45,781 nucleotides of DNA, from the IMG/VR virus record IMGVR_UViG_3300048848_000278, positions 1 to 45,781 of that record; one strand, written 5' to 3'. The translations under genes were made by a program, and so were the position numbers. How positions within the stretch are numbered: the stretch's first letter is position 1; each line of letters begins with the position of its first letter. The stretch comes from a virus. Its lineage: Duplodnaviria; Caudoviricetes. Positions 35,401-44,635 of this stretch are shown in pieces. The notes below the pieces were generated by a model. That model saw only the letters and a program-made list of their open reading frames with translations. It was not told where the DNA came from and made no database searches.

Positions 35401-37518
35401 GAGAAGGCGTTCCGTGCCATCGAATTCGCGCTGTCGGTGCGCGCCATGGCGCAGGACGCGATCGAGACCGGCTCCGCCATCGCCAAAACCGTCGCGCGTA
35501 CCGCGGTCAGCGCGACCGAGGCGGTGGTCAACGCGATCAAGTCGCTGCCCTTCCCGCTCAACCTGGTCGCCGGCGCCGCGACAGCGGCCGCGCTCGCATC
35601 GCTCGGCGTCGCCATCGGCGGTTCGTTCGGCGGGGGCGGCAAGAACACGCTCGCGAAGCCCAACGAGGGCACCGGTACCGTGCTGGGCGACAGCGCGGCC
35701 AAGAGCGAGAGCATCAAGAACGCCATCGACGCGCTGAAGGAGGTGGATCTGCTGACCAACTCCTACTCGCGCCAGATGGCCGCGTCGCTGAAGTCGATCG
35801 ACAACCAGATCGGCGGGGTCGCTGCCCTCGTCGTGCGCGCCGGGAACATCGATGCGTCGACCGGCGTCACCGAAGGCTTCAAGCCCAACATGATCGGGTC
35901 GGTGCTCGGCAAGATCCCGGTGGTCGGCGGCATCCTCAGCAGCCTGTTCGGCAGCAAAACCACCGTCATCGGCAGCGGCCTGTATGGCGGCGCGCAGTCG
36001 GTCGGCAGCATCCTCAACGGCGGCTTCGATGCGTCCTATTACAGCGACATCGAGAAGAAGAAGAAGCTGTTCGGCATCACGACGAGCACGAAGACCTCGA
36101 CGCAGTATAGTGGCGCCGACACCGGCCTCGAAAATCAGTTCACGCTGATCCTGCGCCAGTTCAACGACGCCATCACCGCGGCAGCCGGTCCGCTGGGCGT
36201 CGCGACCAGCGAAGTGCAGGCGCGCCTGAACGGCTTCGTGGTCAGCATCGGCAAGATCGACCTCAAGGGCCTGACCGGCGAGCAGATCGAGGAGAAGCTC
36301 TCCGCCGTGTTCGGCGCGGCGGCCGATGGGATGGCCGCCGCGGCGTTCCCGGCGGTGGCGCAGTTCCAGAAGGTCGGCGAAGGCACGTTCGAGACGCTGG
36401 TCCGGGTCGCCTCGACGGTCGAGGCGGTCGGCACGTCGCTCGACATGCTCGGCACCAAGGCGCAGTCGATGGGCATCGGCGTAAAGCTCGGCCTTGCCGA
36501 TCAGTTCGACAGCGTCTCCGACCTCACCAGCGCGGCAGATGCCTATTTCCAGGCGTTCTACAGCAAGGAGGAGCAGGCGGCCGCCAAGACGGCGCAGATG
36601 ACGCGCGTGCTGGCGAGCCTCGGCGTCGCCATGCCCGACAGCATCGCCGCCTTCCGCCAGCTGGTCGAGGCGCAGGACCTCAACACGGCGGCCGGTCAGG
36701 CGACCTATGCCACGCTGCTGAAGCTCGCCCCGGCGTTCGCCGATCTGCAGAGCGCGATGGAGGGCGCGAAGAGCGCCGCGGACATCGCCAGCGAGCGCGC
36801 CGACCTTCAGCGCCAGCTGCTCGAGCTGCAGGGCGACACCGCGGCGATCCGCGCGCTCGACCTCGCCAAGATCGACGTCAGCAACCGCGGATTGCAGCAG
36901 CAGATCTGGGCGATGCAGGATGCCAAGACCGCCGCGGCCGCAGCCGACGAGCTGCGCAAGGCGTGGTCGTCGGTCGGCGACAGCATCGCCGACGAGGTGA
37001 AGCGGATCCGCGGCCTGTCCGACGCCGCGGGCGGCAACAGCTTTGCGACGCTGCAGGGGCAGTTCAACGCGGCCAACACCGCGGCGCGCGCCGGCGACCA
37101 GGATGCGGCCAAGACGCTGCCCGGCCTGTCGCAGGCGCTGCTCAACGCCGCGGCGCTGGTCGCCACCAGCCGGCAGGAGCTCGACCGCGTCCAGGCGCAG
37201 ACGGCCGCCAGCCTTGAAGCCACGCAGGCGGCGATCGCCGCCTTCCAGCGCAACCCTGCTGCCACGGCGGCCGAGACAACCGAGGCGATCATGGCCGCGG
37301 TGGCGACGTCGCAGGCTACTGCGCCGACGACCGTGGCGAACGACGGGCTGATTGAGGAGGTGAAGTCGCTGCGCGAGGAACTGGCGGCGATGCGGAGCGA
37401 AAATAACGCCGGGCATGCGGCCACCGCCGGCAACACCGGCCGGGTGGCCAAGAAGTTTGACGATGTCACCTCGGCGAGCGGCGGGGATGCGATCAGCGTC
37501 ACGAAGGCCGCCGCATGA
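32488..37518 (+). CDS. Tail tape measure protein
   Basis: 1676 aa, Ala-rich helical; NLGFQLQDFSVQV.GG....AFAMQ.PQ lambda-H-like motif. Confidence 0.92.
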   Translation: MLDDDSPGLGVDFTINPADSFNQINQLMAVMNSAEGKILASANQIENSTADMVKLTGATAGVTAFAATAKREMSAAAAAVETAGLSVESLGRTIGKSAGMSIIGPAATSEAAAATREINRTEKEIDKLVFALDREAASVGKTREELRAMKIESLALTAAQQGNTEAADRLFASSRALSAAQQALAEDRASAGRKAEAAAEAEATALREAGFAYQQFEARVRQGMIALREREAAAERDAAAMARLREMLDPAAAAQDRLNRELVDARRVMLAAGASAEEVARAEQLLTARTMETARSSGAAKASMQNLGFQLQDFSVQVVGGTSVLRAFAMQFPQAAGALTGFEGKLGKVGGFLAGPWGIALTLGITLLAGFADKLFESGNAAEKAAEGLKKFQDRQSDIANFIDATTGKLTEQNRTLVLNAVLTRQAQMADNAKAISEQRNTAFRTAGNQQTRAPSYTGSSVGAPIAMRQTDPDVQRAIQAAAGNVDKLATSIARLAATSRPDLKPLALDLSTTAGAAILATRENEKLGKELRALKGDTAALGSTTTSAIAKQVALATATTPLARARAQLALVEQGAAAADKAGGVALVKYRTDLTAATKAVNAAEAAQKSETAARRDATRQASMAARLGRDADAVEAQVRNLNDLTKAYDTSGAAALIAEARLKSESQAIRQQADVTAAVARQVNLLVAQRVNDAAKGTAAMRDQARVQTEVNAEIAAGNVPAERAADLLRDRIADLPLLAAIEAAQQTKNREGADAAIKALDEQRAARIRLTESENAGRLAGAMAAGKNRIAELGEEMRLIGATDAVRVRALATLRATQEAEAANWTGKDGADYVAQQVLIAEKQQALAEMQERYNDALSFTADKWDLIARNVQNAASGMADAFGDVGRAIGDMASIYADYQADRARLDVRHMADLKKAGTDQAAIDRANTRFALASSTAQVGAFGDMASAAKGFFNEKSKGYAAMAAAEKAFRAIEFALSVRAMAQDAIETGSAIAKTVARTAVSATEAVVNAIKSLPFPLNLVAGAATAAALASLGVAIGGSFGGGGKNTLAKPNEGTGTVLGDSAAKSESIKNAIDALKEVDLLTNSYSRQMAASLKSIDNQIGGVAALVVRAGNIDASTGVTEGFKPNMIGSVLGKIPVVGGILSSLFGSKTTVIGSGLYGGAQSVGSILNGGFDASYYSDIEKKKKLFGITTSTKTSTQYSGADTGLENQFTLILRQFNDAITAAAGPLGVATSEVQARLNGFVVSIGKIDLKGLTGEQIEEKLSAVFGAAADGMAAAAFPAVAQFQKVGEGTFETLVRVASTVEAVGTSLDMLGTKAQSMGIGVKLGLADQFDSVSDLTSAADAYFQAFYSKEEQAAAKTAQMTRVLASLGVAMPDSIAAFRQLVEAQDLNTAAGQATYATLLKLAPAFADLQSAMEGAKSAADIASERADLQRQLLELQGDTAAIRALDLAKIDVSNRGLQQQIWAMQDAKTAAAAADELRKAWSSVGDSIADEVKRIRGLSDAAGGNSFATLQGQFNAANTAARAGDQDAAKTLPGLSQALLNAAALVATSRQELDRVQAQTAASLEATQAAIAAFQRNPAATAAETTEAIMAAVATSQATAPTTVANDGLIEEVKSLREELAAMRSENNAGHAATAGNTGRVAKKFDDVTSASGGDAISVTKAAA

Positions 37519-40500
37519 GGGTGGTGACGGCATCGGGTGAGAACGTCGAGCTCGGCATCACCGAGGCGACGCCGACGATCGGCATCACGGACTATTCGCG
37601 CCGCGTGACCGACGACTTCGGGGTGACGACGGTGGTCCCGCGCAGCTTCTCCCGCCGCCTGTCGGTGAAGCTGGCGCTGCCGTTCGGCAACGCCGACGGC
37701 CTGCAGCAGCGGCTGGCCGCTCTGCGCGCCACCTCGGCGCTCTGGATCGCCGACGAGCGGTTCAGCTGGTTGCGCGTGCAGGGCTATTACAAGGATTTCT
37801 CGCTCGATCTCGCGGTTGCGCCGATCAGCCTCTGCACCCTCACCATCGAGGGGCTCGCCGAGGGCGGGGATTTCAGCGACCCGGGCGGTGACCCCGCCCC
37901 GGACAATCGCGCCTCGTCGCTGCGTCTCCTCCAGCCCGTTCCCGTCACCGATGCCGTGCTGACGAACAGCACGGTCGCCGAGAACGACTATCCGGCGTGG
38001 TCGGCCAGCCAGAGCTATGCGGCCGGGACGCGCGTCATCAAGGTCGGCACCCACCGGATCTACGAGAGCACCAGGGCAGGCAATCTCGGCAACGACCCCG
38101 CCGGCGCGTCCGGCGCGTGGCTGGATCTCGCGCCGACGAAGCGCTGGGCGATGTTCGACCAGGCGCTCGGCACCGCCACCAGCGGCGCGGGATCGATCGC
38201 GGTGACGCTCGCGGCGGGCGCGGTGAATGCCGTCTCGCTGCTCGACGTCGTCGCTTCCTCCGTACGGGTGCAGGCAGCGGGTTACGACCGCACACTGCCG
38301 GCGGGCGCGGGCGCGATCACCTTCCTCGACCTGCCCGACGTCGCGACCCCGGTGACGGTGACGATCACCGGGCGGGGCACGGTATCGGTCGGCACGCTGC
38401 TCATCGGGCGCGTCGTGGGGCTGGGGCTTACCGAATCCTCGCCGACCGCAGGCATCACCGATTACAGCCGCAAGGCGACCGACGATTTCGGCGAAGTGAC
38501 GGTCGTCGAGCGGGCATGGGCGAAGCGGATGACTACCGCCGCGGCGCTGCGCACCGATGCGCTCGACCTCGTCGCCAGCCGCATCGCTTCGGTCCGCGCG
38601 AAGCCATCGCTCTGGATCGGTCAGGCCGGCGTCGACAGCCTCACCATCTACGGGTTCTTCAAGGACTTCTCGATCGAGGTCGGCGACACGATCAGCAAGC
38701 TGTCGCTATCGGTCGAAGGGTTGAGCCAGGCCGCGCCGATCGCACCCGGCGGCCTCGGCGAGCCGACAGCGTGGCCGGACGTCACCGACCCCACCGGCAC
38801 CAAGCCGACCGACAACGCCGACAAGACCAGCGAGAACACGTCAAAGGACACGAACGCCGTTGGCGGGGTGCCGGCCGGTCAGGTGCTAGCGCGGCAGGAC
38901 GCGATCGAGACCGTCACCATCCCGGCGATCAACGCCGCGGTGGCGCAAGCCAACGAGCGGATCATCGCGGCGCAGGACAATGCCTATGCCGCCGTCGCTG
39001 CGGCCAACGACCGAATCGCCGCGGCGCAGGGCAAGCTGGATCAGGCAGTGCTCGACCTCGCGACGGAGATCGATCGCGCGCGCGGCGCCGACGAGGATCT
39101 GACCCGCCGCGTGGATGCCATTATGGCGGGCGGCAGCGGGCCCGGCGAAGCCGACATCACGGCGCTGATCGAACGGATCGATCTGGTGCGCGCCGACGGC
39201 GAGCGGTCGCTGGCAAGCGCGATCCAGAACGTGGTGACCGCCTATCAGGGTCTCGACACCGCGACCAACACCCGCATCACGCAGCAGGTCGCCGCGCTAT
39301 CCGATGCCGACCGCTCGATCGGCCAGCGCATCGATAGCGTCCAGGTCGACTACCGCGGCCTGAACACCAACACCAATGTCCGCATCACCGACAGCGTCAA
39401 GGCGCTCGCTGACGCTGATCAGGCGATCGGGGAGCGGATCGACCAGCTGATCGCCTCCGGTGGGGGCGGCAGTGAGGGTGTGGACACCATTGCCCGCACG
39501 GAGATCAGCCGGGTGGAGACGGCCTCGGCCGATCGCGACGGCGCCCTGGGGCGGCGGATCGACTCCGTGCAGAGCAGCTTCAAGGAGGGCGGCGGCAACG
39601 GTCTGACCAACACCGACTTCGTCACGCTCGACGGGTGGACGCAAGCCTATGGCGGACTGACTAGCCTGAACGGAGGCATCAACCTTGCGGGTGACAATTA
39701 CCATCCTCTTGGTGAGAATACGATCGGTGTGCAGCAAGGCCCGCGTGTGGGCACTGACGCCAATTATCTGGATTGGCAGTCCAGCCGCGTGCCTGTTCGT
39801 GCTGGAGACTATGTCCAGTTCCATGCTCAGTGTGCCTCGCATCGTGCCAGCACTCAGGTCGTGCTTGTCTTTATCGATAGCTCCGGGGTCACGGTCGATA
39901 TCAGCTACGGCAATATCAACACCTCGACCGAGGCCTACGCAAACGATCCTGCGTCTTTCCGCCGATCGGGCATGGCTTCGGTCAAGGTCCCGGACGGTGT
40001 GGCTGCTGCCTATCTCCTGCTGCGCAAGGGCAACACCTACGAGGGGCAGGGCGACAGCTACGCGTGGTTCTGGCGCCCGTACGTCGGGGCTGCTCGCGAG
40101 GGGCAGAGTAGCTGGAACGCCTGGTCGCCGGGCAGCGGCCGCGCTGTGCAGGCGCGATCCGACGCGGCCATCACGCAGGCGGCGACAACGGCTGCGAACG
40201 CCGGTCAGGCCGTCGCCGATCTGACCACCAGCGTGACGACCCGGTTCGAAGGCGTGAATCTCACCCTCGGCGGCTACGATCAGCGCATCACCGCGCTATC
40301 GACGGACCAGCAGGGGTACGTCGGCCGCACCAGCACGCTCGAAGCACAGATGCGGCGGGAGCAGCCGAGCGCGCTCAATGCCTTTACTGACGCCGTGAAC
40401 AACCGGCTGACGCAGGTGGATACGGCGGTGAACGCGCGTATCAAGACGAGCGAGGACGTCATCGCCGACCTGCCGAACCGCTATGCGGCGGCATCGCGGA

Positions 40501-41300
40501 CTGCGACCCTTGAGGCGCAGCTGCGGCGAGAGGTCGGCAGCCCGCTGAACGACGCAATCGGCTATGTCGACGGAAGGGTCGACACCTCGGCAGTCCAGCT
40601 TGCCGCGCGCATCGAGGAGCGAGCCACCGCCATCGCCGACGCCAAGGCCGGCGCGGTCGCCCAGACCGTCCAGCAGCTTCAGGCGCAGTATAACGGCGAT
40701 ATCGCCCTCATCCGCGAGACGTCGGGCGCGATCGCCGGGATCAACCAGCGTACCAGCGTCTATTGGGAGGTCGTCGGCACCACCAACGACGGCAGCACCA
40801 TGGTGCGCCTGTCGAAGCAGGACGGATCGCGCGGCGTCTTCTACATCGGCGCCGATCTCCAGGTGGACGGGAACGCCCTCTTCAACGGCACGGTCACCAC
40901 CAGCAAGGTGGCGGGGAACGCGATCACCAGCACGGTCGCAATCGCCGGCATGAGCGGGAGCGGGATATCTGCCGAAAACCCCGGCGAGACCCCGCGTGTC
41001 TCGATCACCAGCGTCGGTGGCACGATGAAGGTCGACATCCAGGCAGATGGCGCCCGGCAGGGCGGCGCTGGCCTGATGAGGGTCCAGCTTTTCGCCGCCT
41101 ATGCCGGCACCGAAACCGCTCTGTCGCGGGAGGTTTCCTTCTCGCCGTCGAATACCGCGCTCCCGGTCGGCTTCTTCCAGATCACCAGCTTTCCTGCCGG
41201 CATGGTCGTTCAGTTCTTCCTGCGGTTCTACGTGACGGCCGGCAACACGTCCTGGACCTTCACCGGCGCGGCGATCGCCGTGACCGAGTTCAAACGGTAA
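37515..41300 (+). CDS. Multidomain tail tip/fibre protein
   Basis: Two copies of a GITDYSR..TDDFG...KDFS domain, a short aromatic W.A...Y..G..V module, coiled coils, beta-rich domain and C-terminal domain. Confidence 0.8.
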   Translation: MRVVTASGENVELGITEATPTIGITDYSRRVTDDFGVTTVVPRSFSRRLSVKLALPFGNADGLQQRLAALRATSALWIADERFSWLRVQGYYKDFSLDLAVAPISLCTLTIEGLAEGGDFSDPGGDPAPDNRASSLRLLQPVPVTDAVLTNSTVAENDYPAWSASQSYAAGTRVIKVGTHRIYESTRAGNLGNDPAGASGAWLDLAPTKRWAMFDQALGTATSGAGSIAVTLAAGAVNAVSLLDVVASSVRVQAAGYDRTLPAGAGAITFLDLPDVATPVTVTITGRGTVSVGTLLIGRVVGLGLTESSPTAGITDYSRKATDDFGEVTVVERAWAKRMTTAAALRTDALDLVASRIASVRAKPSLWIGQAGVDSLTIYGFFKDFSIEVGDTISKLSLSVEGLSQAAPIAPGGLGEPTAWPDVTDPTGTKPTDNADKTSENTSKDTNAVGGVPAGQVLARQDAIETVTIPAINAAVAQANERIIAAQDNAYAAVAAANDRIAAAQGKLDQAVLDLATEIDRARGADEDLTRRVDAIMAGGSGPGEADITALIERIDLVRADGERSLASAIQNVVTAYQGLDTATNTRITQQVAALSDADRSIGQRIDSVQVDYRGLNTNTNVRITDSVKALADADQAIGERIDQLIASGGGGSEGVDTIARTEISRVETASADRDGALGRRIDSVQSSFKEGGGNGLTNTDFVTLDGWTQAYGGLTSLNGGINLAGDNYHPLGENTIGVQQGPRVGTDANYLDWQSSRVPVRAGDYVQFHAQCASHRASTQVVLVFIDSSGVTVDISYGNINTSTEAYANDPASFRRSGMASVKVPDGVAAAYLLLRKGNTYEGQGDSYAWFWRPYVGAAREGQSSWNAWSPGSGRAVQARSDAAITQAATTAANAGQAVADLTTSVTTRFEGVNLTLGGYDQRITALSTDQQGYVGRTSTLEAQMRREQPSALNAFTDAVNNRLTQVDTAVNARIKTSEDVIADLPNRYAAASRTATLEAQLRREVGSPLNDAIGYVDGRVDTSAVQLAARIEERATAIADAKAGAVAQTVQQLQAQYNGDIALIRETSGAIAGINQRTSVYWEVVGTTNDGSTMVRLSKQDGSRGVFYIGADLQVDGNALFNGTVTTSKVAGNAITSTVAIAGMSGSGISAENPGETPRVSITSVGGTMKVDIQADGARQGGAGLMRVQLFAAYAGTETALSREVSFSPSNTALPVGFFQITSFPAGMVVQFFLRFYVTAGNTSWTFTGAAIAVTEFKR

Positions 41301-41315
41301 TCTGCGGAGCACCAT

Positions 41316-41828
41316 ATGGAATATTGGGTCGTGTTCGACCTTGTCACCGGCGAAGAGCGGTGGCGAGGCGCGGGTTCTGTCGGGATGGCTGCGCAGCAGG
41401 AGGTCCCTGACGGCCTCGGGGTTGCGCTCGTTCCGGCCGCTGCGGTTCGAACCGCATCGATCGACCTCGATGTCATCCGGTCTGCCTCGGCAAGCCAGAT
41501 CGATGCAACAGCCGAAGCCGTCCGCATGGGCTTCCTGACGCCCGGCGCCGGCCAGGCGATGACCTACCAACGCAAGGAAGCCGAAGCGCGGGCGTGGACT
41601 GCTGATAACAGCGCTGCCACGCCGTTCCTGAGTGCGGAAGCCCCGGCGCGGGGGATGACAATCGCGGCGCTGGCCGCGGAGGTCATCCGCTTGGCGGACG
41701 CCTGGACGACGATCGGATCTGCGATCGAGGCCATGCGGATGAAGGCGAAGGCCGACATCGCACAGGCTGCGAACCTGGGTGAGATCATCGCGGCGAGCCG
41801 GATTGACTGGAGCGGCTTGCATGCGTGA
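41316..41828 (+). CDS. Tail fibre-associated/assembly protein
   Basis: ID..AE..R..F.TPG.GQAMTY..K..EA..W, P.L.AEA..RG; follows the fibre gene. Confidence 0.65.
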   Translation: MEYWVVFDLVTGEERWRGAGSVGMAAQQEVPDGLGVALVPAAAVRTASIDLDVIRSASASQIDATAEAVRMGFLTPGAGQAMTYQRKEAEARAWTADNSAATPFLSAEAPARGMTIAALAAEVIRLADAWTTIGSAIEAMRMKAKADIAQAANLGEIIAASRIDWSGLHA

Positions 41829-42105
41829 GCGCTTCTGGCTGGGCTTGCGCCAGCTGCTCGTGGCCGTCGACCAGCTCGTCTACATCCTGATCGCCGTGCC
41901 GATTTACGTCATAGCCGGCGGCCCTACGCCTTCGGCTGACGAGACGATCTCCAGCCGTGTCGGTCGTGCCGCGATCAAGGGGCACCGCTGGGGATTGATC
42001 TGCGAAGCGGTGATCGACCGCCTGTTCGTCATGCTGGGTGCTCGCGACGGTCACTGCCGGCGGAATGTCGAGACTGCCTTTCGTGGCTGCGCGCCGCGTC
42101 CCTGA
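41821..42105 (+). CDS. Phage hypothetical protein
   Basis: L.AVDQL...DETISSR.GR...ID.LF....HC conserved phage pattern. Confidence 0.7.
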   Translation: MRERFWLGLRQLLVAVDQLVYILIAVPIYVIAGGPTPSADETISSRVGRAAIKGHRWGLICEAVIDRLFVMLGARDGHCRRNVETAFRGCAPRP

Positions 42106-42119
42106 ACCGAGGAGCCGCA

Positions 42120-42413
42120 ATGGACTTCTACACCTCCGCGGCGGACCTCGTCGCGACGATCGATAGCGCATGGCCACTGGCCGGCGTCATCGGCTGGCTC
42201 ATCTGCCTTGCAGCGCTGTCGCCGGCGGTCTTCCGACTGATGGGCGCGCGCGGCCGTTATCTGGATCCGATCTGGGCGATCGTCTTCCTCCTCGCGGTCA
42301 ATCGGCTGACCTTCCTGCTACAGGTATCGCGGCCTCTGTCGCACATCACGGCGTTGCTGCTGGCCCTGGCGATGGCGTGGTTCTCGCTCTGGTATCAGCG
42401 CCATGACGCCTGA
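42120..42413 (+). CDS. Three-TM membrane protein, possible holin/antiholin
   Basis: SD GAGGAG; three hydrophobic segments; lysis region. Confidence 0.55.
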   Translation: MDFYTSAADLVATIDSAWPLAGVIGWLICLAALSPAVFRLMGARGRYLDPIWAIVFLLAVNRLTFLLQVSRPLSHITALLLALAMAWFSLWYQRHDA

Positions 42414-42903
42414 CGTCAGCAGCGTGCCGCATGTCGCCGTCGCGGGCTGGTCGTGGACCACGATCATGGTCACCGTGCTCAACGTCCTCGTCGGCGGTGG
42501 GCTGGTGGCCTGGATCAAGACCCGGCCGAAAATGGCCGAGATCCAGACGCAGCGGGAGGAAAGCGAGGCGGCCCGGCTGTCGGCGCGGGTCGAAACGCTC
42601 GAAAAGATGGTCGAGCGCCTCCACGCGAAGATCGATCAGGAGCGCGCCGAGCATGACGCGCTCATGGCCATCATGCGGCATCGGGTCGCGAACAGCCGGG
42701 CAACGCTGAAGGCCATCGTGATGATGCTGCGCGTGAACCCCGACAAGGTCACCGAAGCGCTCAACCAGATCGAGTCCATGCTGTCGGAGCAGGAGATGGC
42801 CGAACGGGAGGAACGAGCCGCGTTCGACCGCGCGCGCATGACCGCAGCTGCCATCAAGGACGTGGTCACCGCACCGCCGCCCGTGACGCCAGGAGCACCA
42901 TGA
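42403..42903 (+). CDS. Single-TM coiled-coil protein (lysis region)
   Basis: TM WSWTTIMVTVLNVLVGGGLVAWI followed by coiled coil. Confidence 0.6.
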   Translation: MTPDVSSVPHVAVAGWSWTTIMVTVLNVLVGGGLVAWIKTRPKMAEIQTQREESEAARLSARVETLEKMVERLHAKIDQERAEHDALMAIMRHRVANSRATLKAIVMMLRVNPDKVTEALNQIESMLSEQEMAEREERAAFDRARMTAAAIKDVVTAPPPVTPGAP

Positions 42904-43187
42904 TGACCGACGTCGATCGTCACTGGCGCTACGTGATCGCCCTCGTCCTGATCCTCGGCTATCTCGGCCTCGCCGCTTTCGCCTTCTTCCACGCGGTGCC
43001 CGCAGGCAACGTCCGGTTCGTGGACGGATATTTCACCGGCCTCGGCCCCATCGTCGGGGCGGCCGTCACGGCGGTTCTGAACATCGGCCGGGGCAACAAC
43101 CCGCAGCAGGATGCCAATCTGGCCACGGCACTCGACAAGCTGCCGCCGGCGACGACCGGTACGGGACCGGCAACCCCGATCTCCTGA
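42900..43187 (+). CDS. Two-TM holin-like protein
   Basis: Two hydrophobic helices; directly before the endolysin. Confidence 0.6.
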   Translation: MMTDVDRHWRYVIALVLILGYLGLAAFAFFHAVPAGNVRFVDGYFTGLGPIVGAAVTAVLNIGRGNNPQQDANLATALDKLPPATTGTGPATPIS

Positions 43188-43245
43188 CGCCGTCCGCGGT
43201 CGTCTCCGCTCCCCGACCCCCACCAACGCAACAGGAAGGACCGAT

Positions 43246-43749
43246 ATGTCCAAGGAACCAATGTGGCTGATCGCCGCGCGGGCGAAGCTCGGCACGCGTG
43301 AGGCAGCCGGCCCCGCCAACAGCCCGACGATCATGGGATGGGCGAAGAAGCTCGGCACGAAGGTGCTGGGCATGGTCTACAATGCCGACAGCGTGCCGTG
43401 GTGCGGCCTGTTCGTGGCGACGTGCCTGGCTGAAGACGGCATCCCGGCCGCTCCGATCGCGCTGCGCGCTTCGCAGTGGGCAAAGTGGGGTCAGAACCTC
43501 GCGGCCGACAAGCTGGTGCCCGGAGCCGTGCTGGTGTTCGTGCGGCCGGGCGGCGGGCACGTCGGCTTCTACGTCGGCGAGAACGCCACCGCCTACCAGG
43601 TGCTCGGCGGCAACCAGGGCGATTGCGTCAGCCTGACGTGGATCGCGAAGGCGCGGTGCGTCGCGCGGCGCTGGCCTGCCGAGCGTCCGGTCATCGGCGC
43701 GCCGGTGAAGCTCGCATCGGGCGGCGTGCTGTCGCGGAACGAAGCATGA
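43246..43749 (+). CDS. TIGR02594-family NlpC/P60-like endolysin
   Basis: PWCGLFV (Cys), GGGHVGFY (His), VLGGNQ. Confidence 0.85.
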   Translation: MSKEPMWLIAARAKLGTREAAGPANSPTIMGWAKKLGTKVLGMVYNADSVPWCGLFVATCLAEDGIPAAPIALRASQWAKWGQNLAADKLVPGAVLVFVRPGGGHVGFYVGENATAYQVLGGNQGDCVSLTWIAKARCVARRWPAERPVIGAPVKLASGGVLSRNEA

Positions 43750-44060
43750 GCCAGATTTCGAAGATCCTTCGAAGCGCAGAGGATGGCGGACTGCTATTCT
43801 GGTGCCCCGGATGCGACGGTGCTCATCAGGTGATGGTCGGAGAGGGAGATGGGCCCCGCTGGGGCTACAACGGCAATTCAGGCTGCCCCACCTTCACGCC
43901 GTCCGTTCTTGTCACGTACAATGGCTCTGACGCTGGGGTCGATGGCGCACCCCCCGCCGTGTGTCATTCATTCGTGACTGACGGGCGGATCCAGTTCCTG
44001 TCCGATTGCACGCATGCACTGGCGGGTTTGACCGTCGACATGCCCGATTGGCCGCGATGA
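43746..44060 (+). CDS. DUF6527-like Zn-binding protein
   Basis: FWCPGC..AH, W.YNG...PTFTPSVL, CHSFVTDG.IQFL.DC.H.LAG. Confidence 0.7.
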   Translation: MSQISKILRSAEDGGLLFWCPGCDGAHQVMVGEGDGPRWGYNGNSGCPTFTPSVLVTYNGSDAGVDGAPPAVCHSFVTDGRIQFLSDCTHALAGLTVDMPDWPR

Positions 44061-44506
44061 CCGGCGCCGCGATCTTCGCCGTGCTGCGCCGCTTCTGGCA
44101 AGCGTTTCCTATCGCCGGCCTCGCAATCGCGCTGCTGATCACCCGCGGCACGCTCGCCGATCGGACGGCGACGCTGAAGGCGGAGCGCGCCGCCTGGTCG
44201 GCCGAGATCGCTCGCACCGAGCAGCTGCAAGCGGCGACCGAGCGGCGCTGGGCGGAGACGCAGACGACCGCGCTTACCACCTATGCCGATCGCCTCGCTG
44301 CGCGGGAGCCGATCATCCTTCACTCGACAAATACGGTGCGCGAATATGCTCAGACTGATGCTGGCCGGGCTCGCTGCCTTGGCGCTGACCGGGTGCGCGG
44401 CATCGACGCGCTCGACGCGGCCCTCTTCCCCCAAGGTGCCGCCCCCCCCGGCAGCGGCGATGCTGGCCTGCCTGCCGACGCCGCTGCCGCGCCAATCGGA
44501 CGGTAG
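44057..44506 (+). CDS. Inner-membrane spanin (Rz-like)
   Basis: N-terminal TM, coiled coil, C-terminal Cys; overlapped by a lipoprotein gene. Confidence 0.75.
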   Translation: MTGAAIFAVLRRFWQAFPIAGLAIALLITRGTLADRTATLKAERAAWSAEIARTEQLQAATERRWAETQTTALTTYADRLAAREPIILHSTNTVREYAQTDAGRARCLGADRVRGIDALDAALFPQGAAPPGSGDAGLPADAAAAPIGR

Positions 44507-44609
44507 CGCCACCTCCGCAGATAGCGAGGCAGGGCTCCGCGCCTCGCGTGCCGACCTCGCTCGCTGCGATGCGCGCCGGCAGCTCGCCATCGATTCCTGG
44601 CCGCGCTGA
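44346..44609 (+). CDS. Outer-membrane lipoprotein spanin (Rz1-like)
   Basis: Signal peptide with lipobox LTGC, Pro-rich, +1 frame overlap with Rz. Confidence 0.8.
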   Translation: MLRLMLAGLAALALTGCAASTRSTRPSSPKVPPPPAAAMLACLPTPLPRQSDGSATSADSEAGLRASRADLARCDARRQLAIDSWPR

Positions 44610-44635
44610 CGCGCACCGACTTTCGGAGAACATAG

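Noticed and set aside
33007-41822. Antisense ORFs of 740, 743 and 508 aa
   Set aside because: Shadows of the tape measure and tail genes
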